Positions 6,424 through 10,598 of a DNA stretch of 10,598 nt are shown here, in pieces. The notes beneath the pieces were generated by a model. It worked only from the letters and a program-made list of their open reading frames with translations, was not told the DNA's origin and did no database searches. The stretch is from contig JAZDLX010000177.1 of assembly GCA_043801585.1 (NCBI GenBank), positions 1 through 10,598 on the forward strand, given 5' to 3'. The stretch's first letter is position 1. The number at the start of each line of letters is the position of its first letter. Both the position numbers and the translations under genes were made by a program. This stretch comes from a bacterium (GTDB lineage: Bacteria; Electryoneota; Electryoneia; Electryoneales; Electryoneaceae).

Positions 6424-7380
6424 TCAGGACACTCCAAAGATGAGACAATCGAGAACAGTCACAATATCCTCAACCTGAGGTTTGCTCAACACCTTGTCCA
6501 CACCGACTTCACGGCATTTCCTCCTCATTTGGTCACTGATCAGCGAGGAAACAACAATGACCGGAATGTTTTTCTGGTTCATGTCTTTTTTAAGTTTACG
6601 GCATAGTGTCAGACCGTCCATCTGGGGCATTTCGATATCTGTCAGCACGGCGTGAAGCCGATCGGTGAGTGGGATGTTCTCCTTGTCCGTGGCAAGTCTC
6701 AGTGAGTGAATGTGTGTCAGCGCAGTTTTCCCGTTGTCAGCCTCGATAAGATTTGTATAACCATGTTTTTTCAGTTCGCGAACGACCGATCCCCGAACAA
6801 ATGAGGAATCCTCCGCATAGAGTACAGTCACTCTGGATCGCATCTCGCGGAGATCTTCCCGTTGCAATGCGTTGGACGACTCCCGGAAGGCGACATTGGG
6901 CAGGATTTCCGCTGTCAACTGTTCGATGTCGAGGATCAGAATGTCGGTGCCCTCTACGGTAAGAGTGCCGGTGATATGAGCCGAGTTGTTGCGCAAAAAG
7001 GAACTGATGGGTTGCAGATCGTCCCATGAAAAACGGTGGAAGCGTTCGGCGCCGTTGATCAGAAATCCCAGAATCGTTCGATTGAATTCAGCGACAAGGA
7101 TAATCGGGTTCTGGTCCGAGGAGATGAATTCGCGGTAGAGGGCATGTTTCAGGTCAATCAGCGGAATTGACCGATCACGAAACAGAAAGGTTCCAAGCAG
7201 GGACGGGTGGCTTGAGGGCAGATGCGTGATATCCGTGTTGCCCGATTGGATGATCTGTTGCACTTTAGCGACATTGATGCCAAAGCTCTGCTCGCCTACG
7301 ATGATCTCCGCGATCTCCATCTCGTTGGTGCCCGAGTCGAGGAGTCTGCTTTGCGGGCGTTTTGCGGTTCGATCACCCAT
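6424..7380 (-). CDS. cheV: Chemotaxis coupling protein CheV (CheW domain + receiver domain)
   Basis: 318 aa. CheV-type N-terminus LLDSGTNEMEI...FGINVAKVQQII, CheW core (GTFLFRDRSIPLIDL, ILVAEFNR, ILILDIE), receiver domain YAEDSSFVR...VLTDIEMPQMDGLTL...IPVIVVSSL...LSKP with intact Asp, Ser and Lys. SD AAGGGGA. Confidence 0.95.
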   Translation of the reverse strand: MGDRTAKRPQSRLLDSGTNEMEIAEIIVGEQSFGINVAKVQQIIQSGNTDITHLPSSHPSLLGTFLFRDRSIPLIDLKHALYREFISSDQNPIILVAEFNRTILGFLINGAERFHRFSWDDLQPISSFLRNNSAHITGTLTVEGTDILILDIEQLTAEILPNVAFRESSNALQREDLREMRSRVTVLYAEDSSFVRGSVVRELKKHGYTNLIEADNGKTALTHIHSLRLATDKENIPLTDRLHAVLTDIEMPQMDGLTLCRKLKKDMNQKNIPVIVVSSLISDQMRRKCREVGVDKVLSKPQVEDIVTVLDCLIFGVS

Positions 7381-7581
7381 GGATTCCCCTTGATCCGAGT
7401 TTTGGGGATTTTAGAAATTCAGTCCATGCTACATCGTTGAACTGCCGCAATGCAAGCGAGTTCTCTCGCTTTCGGATTCGTTCCCGGGAGGCGGCAGGCA
7501 AACTGGATCGTGAATTCATTTCCTGTCGAAGAATCGTCATTGATACTACTTTAATATTGGATAAACGGAGAGGAAAAATCT

Positions 7582-8598
7582 ATGCGTAAGATCTCATTGC
7601 TTGCCTTGGTTCTCCTCGCGGGAGTACCCTTCCCGTCCCTTTACGCCGGACCCGCCGGAACGTCAACTCCCGGGATCGCCACGGATCCGATTGCCCACAC
7701 CTTCTCCATCGTTGCCATCGATCACGAGCGCGGAGAAATGGGAGTTGCGGTGCAATCCCACTGGTTCTCCGTCGGTCCGGTCGTGCCGTGGGCTCAACCG
7801 GGGATCGGCGTGATCGCCACTCAATCTCTCGTGAACATCTCCTACGGTCCCCGAGGTCTCGCGATGCTCAAAGAGGGAAAAGCCGCCACGGATGTTGTCA
7901 AGGAACTGACGACTCCTGACACGGGACGTGATTACCGTCAACTCGCCGTCATCGACGCGCACGGCGGAGTGGCCACCTGGACCGGAACTCTGTGCATCCC
8001 CGAAGCGGGGCATGTCACCGGAGATAACTATTCCGTTCAGGCGAACATGATGCTCAAAGGAACGGTATGGCCGGCGATGGCGAAGGCCTTCGAGGAGGCG
8101 GAGGGGCCGTTGGCGGAGAGAATGCTCGCTGCTCTTGACGCCGCCCAGGCGGAGGGAGGTGACATTCGCGGAAGGCAGTCGGCGGCGATGATCGTGGTCA
8201 GAACAGTCGCGTCCGAGGAACCCTGGAATGACCGGCTCGTCGATCTTCGCGTTGACGACTCGGAGCACCCTCTTCTCGAGCTGCGCCGTCTTCTGACCAT
8301 TCACCGCGCTTACGAACACATGAATGCCGGAGATCTTGCGGTGGAAAAGGGTGATGTTGAAACTGCTCTGATCGAATATTCCACTGCCGACTCGATGAAC
8401 TCGGACAACCCGGAAATGCCCTTCTGGCATGCGGTTTCTCTCGCGAACGTGGGCAGGGTGGAGGATTCACTGCCGATCTTCGCTCGGGTCTTTCGTGAAG
8501 GCGGGGACCATTGGCGGGAGTTGGCGCGACGGTTGCCGGAGGTGAACCTGCTCGAGGTCAGCGACCGGGATCTGAAGAAAATTCTGTCGATCAGGTAG
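7582..8598 (+). CDS. Secreted DUF1028-family Ntn-hydrolase with a C-terminal TPR-like helical domain
   Basis: Signal peptide MRKISLLALVLLAGVPFPSLYA. DUF1028 motifs HTFSIVAID..GEMGVAVQS, GVIATQS, RQLAVID, TWTG, QANMM, GGDIRGRQSAA and DLRVDD..PL.EL.RL. TPR-like tail (AYEHMNAGD..NPEMPFWHAVSLANVGRVEDS). SD GGAGAGG. Confidence 0.9.
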   Translation: MRKISLLALVLLAGVPFPSLYAGPAGTSTPGIATDPIAHTFSIVAIDHERGEMGVAVQSHWFSVGPVVPWAQPGIGVIATQSLVNISYGPRGLAMLKEGKAATDVVKELTTPDTGRDYRQLAVIDAHGGVATWTGTLCIPEAGHVTGDNYSVQANMMLKGTVWPAMAKAFEEAEGPLAERMLAALDAAQAEGGDIRGRQSAAMIVVRTVASEEPWNDRLVDLRVDDSEHPLLELRRLLTIHRAYEHMNAGDLAVEKGDVETALIEYSTADSMNSDNPEMPFWHAVSLANVGRVEDSLPIFARVFREGGDHWRELARRLPEVNLLEVSDRDLKKILSIR

Positions 8599-8711
8599 CA
8601 GGTGTCAGGGAGTGTGGCCGACAACCAGCCATCCCGATAAAAGTATATTTGAATCCACGCGTGGAGTGTACGTCGGCTGACTCCATTTTTCTCATACAGA
8701 TCGGAACGATT

Positions 8712-10598
8712 GTGGCTGGGGAAAGCGGAAAACACCGTTTTACTGCGAATGCCGGAAACACCTTTATTGTGGCGTTTATCCTGATATTCTGCGCAGCGGG
8801 CACGGTGGCCGGGGGGATGGTCGCCGTGACCGATTCCGTCACGAATGCGGCAGATGACAGCACCCGGTTGATGAATTGGGAGCGAACCGGAAACAAACTC
8901 GTCACCGCAAGACGTCCCCGTGTGGGTCTCGTGCTCAGCGGGGGAGGCGCCAAAAGCCTCGCGCACATCGGAGTGCTGAAGGTGATCGAAGAGGCCGGCC
9001 TTCATATCGACATCGTCACTGGTGTCAGCATGGGAGCGGTTGTCGGCGGGTTTTACGCGATCAGCTATTCACCGCAAAAGCTGGAGGAGATCGCACTTTC
9101 GACGGATTGGTACGCGCTGCTTGACGACACCCCTACGCGACGCGACCTCTCCATGGAACAGAAACTCTACGATGAGATTTACAACCTTTCATTGCCATTC
9201 AGGAATTGGAAAATCTCCCTGCCCAGCGGTGTCATTCAGGGATTTCGCATCAATAAAATGCTCTCCGGGTACACGTGGCCGGTGCAGAACGTCACGGACT
9301 TCACCGATTTTCCCCGCCCCTTTGCCGCTGTGGCAACCGATCTTGAAACGGGGGATGCGGTCGTCCTTCGTGAGGGGTCGCTTGCCGAGGCGATTCGTGC
9401 GAGCATGTCGATCCCCAGCGTTTTCGCACCGATGCGGATCGGGGACAAATTGCTGATCGATGGTTACGTTGCCCGCAATATCCCAGCCCAGGACGCGAAG
9501 GAGTTGGGGGCGGACATCCTGATCGGTGTCGATGTCGGAACGCCTCCCCGGTCCGCCGAACAGTTCGAAAGCATGGTCGATATCATCAACCAGACCATGG
9601 ATTATCAGGGACGCGAGGCGAACACACGTCAGCGTGCAATGCTCGATATTCTGATCCAACCTGATGTCGCGGACGTCGGACTCCTCGATTTCGAGCATGT
9701 CGAAGAGATCATCCGCAAAGGCGAGGAGGCTGCACGGGCGCATTTCACGGAATTGAAAGCCCTTGCGGACAGTCTGAACGCCATCTCCCCACCGCCGAGA
9801 TTGTATTACCCGATTAGCGCCGACAGCATCTACGTCGCAGAGTTAAAAATTGATGGTCTTGAGCGAACCTCAAAATCGGTTATTTTCGGTGCGTTCAACG
9901 TCCCCATCCCCGGGTGGATGAGCCGCGAGGAGCTGGAGGGCGCCGTTGACCGGATCTATGGAACCCGGTATTACAAGAACGTCACCTACCACCTTCTGCC
10001 GCAGCCGGGCGGAACCTCCTTGTACATCAGCGTCAGTGAACAAAAATCAGCAATTCTTCGTTTCGGTTTCCATTACGATACGAATCGAAAAGCGGCAGTG
10101 CGGTTCAATCTGACACGGTTGAACTGGCTGCTGCCCGGCTCTTTTGCCAGTGCGGATGTGAAGCTCGGTAATACCACGGTGTACGATCTCACGTATTTCG
10201 CTGCGGCGGGACGTCAGGCCAGGGTTGGAGTGCGGCTGAATTTCAACATGGAACAGTCCGACCTGGTGTTCACGGATCAGGCGGGCACGACGAATCCTCT
10301 CAACGAAAATATTCAACAGGCGAATCTGTTTACAGGTTCACTCTATTCGACACGGTTCGGCGCGGGCGGCGGAATCACGCTGATCGGAAGCAGGATCAGG
10401 ATCGGTCAACTGGAACGGGACGATGATGCTGTTGTGTCGTTGTACGGTCTGATCTGGTATGACACGCTTGACCGGCTCAACTTTGGCACCCAGGGATCGA
10501 TGGTCCAGCTTTTGTTTACCCAATCCGTCCACGACATCTATAATCGTGGAGCTTTCTACCTCAAGCGGGAAGGATTCTTCGACCTGAATGTGCCTTTG
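8712..10598 (+). CDS. Patatin-like phospholipase fused to POTRA and Omp85-like beta-barrel (PlpD / type Vd autotransporter-like); 3' end beyond window
   Basis: Absent from the ORF track because it has no stop inside the window. Frame with codons at 8913 reads RPRVGLVLSGGGAKSLAHIGVLKVIEE, nucleophile elbow GVSMG (9021-9035), AIRASMSIP, LIDGYVARNIP (Asp at 9459), POTRA-like IYVAELKIDGLERT...AVDRIYGTRYYKNVTY...SVSEQ, then beta strands and YDTLDRLNF. Hydrophobic N-terminal stretch FIVAFILIFCAAG. Start codon uncertain (GTG 8712 chosen). Confidence 0.88.
   Translation, partial: MAGESGKHRFTANAGNTFIVAFILIFCAAGTVAGGMVAVTDSVTNAADDSTRLMNWERTGNKLVTARRPRVGLVLSGGGAKSLAHIGVLKVIEEAGLHIDIVTGVSMGAVVGGFYAISYSPQKLEEIALSTDWYALLDDTPTRRDLSMEQKLYDEIYNLSLPFRNWKISLPSGVIQGFRINKMLSGYTWPVQNVTDFTDFPRPFAAVATDLETGDAVVLREGSLAEAIRASMSIPSVFAPMRIGDKLLIDGYVARNIPAQDAKELGADILIGVDVGTPPRSAEQFESMVDIINQTMDYQGREANTRQRAMLDILIQPDVADVGLLDFEHVEEIIRKGEEAARAHFTELKALADSLNAISPPPRLYYPISADSIYVAELKIDGLERTSKSVIFGAFNVPIPGWMSREELEGAVDRIYGTRYYKNVTYHLLPQPGGTSLYISVSEQKSAILRFGFHYDTNRKAAVRFNLTRLNWLLPGSFASADVKLGNTTVYDLTYFAAAGRQARVGVRLNFNMEQSDLVFTDQAGTTNPLNENIQQANLFTGSLYSTRFGAGGGITLIGSRIRIGQLERDDDAVVSLYGLIWYDTLDRLNFGTQGSMVQLLFTQSVHDIYNRGAFYLKREGFFDLNVPL

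Noticed and set aside
7381..7581. Specific promoters in the divergent cheV / DUF1028 intergenic region
   Set aside because: AT-rich -10-like hexamers occur near 7547-7557, but no convincing -35, sigma28 or sigma54 pairing was found.
1..10598. CRISPR arrays, tRNA/rRNA genes, IS elements, tandem repeats
   Set aside because: No regularly spaced repeats, RNA-gene signatures, or transposase/integrase ORFs seen; nearly all sequence is explained by the nine CDSs.

Overview
Bacterial DNA from a diderm (Gram-negative-type) organism, judged from the TonB-dependent receptor, the Omp85/POTRA protein and SPase I-type periplasmic proteins. It holds nine protein-coding genes, two truncated by the window edges. 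Left half (minus strand, ~1-5113) is a probable five-gene operon: BtuF-like periplasmic binding protein -> GntR/HutC(UTRA) regulator -> CblS-like alpha-ribazole kinase (PurM fold) -> YegU-like ADP-ribosylglycohydrolase -> BtuB-like TonB-dependent receptor (runs off the left edge). Its leader has a sigma70-like promoter and a palindromic operator candidate, but no recognisable cobalamin riboswitch. The middle (minus strand) has an orphan cheV and a divergent HDOD gene with a sigma28-like -10 box. The right (plus strand) has a secreted DUF1028 Ntn-hydrolase and a PlpD-like patatin-POTRA-beta-barrel protein (runs off the right edge). The best candidate for a new system is the left operon, hypothesised to import and process alpha-ribazole, B12 lower-ligand or other alpha-nucleoside compounds under repressor control. 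No RNA genes, CRISPR arrays or mobile elements were seen. All family calls come from motif recognition by eye, not database searches.
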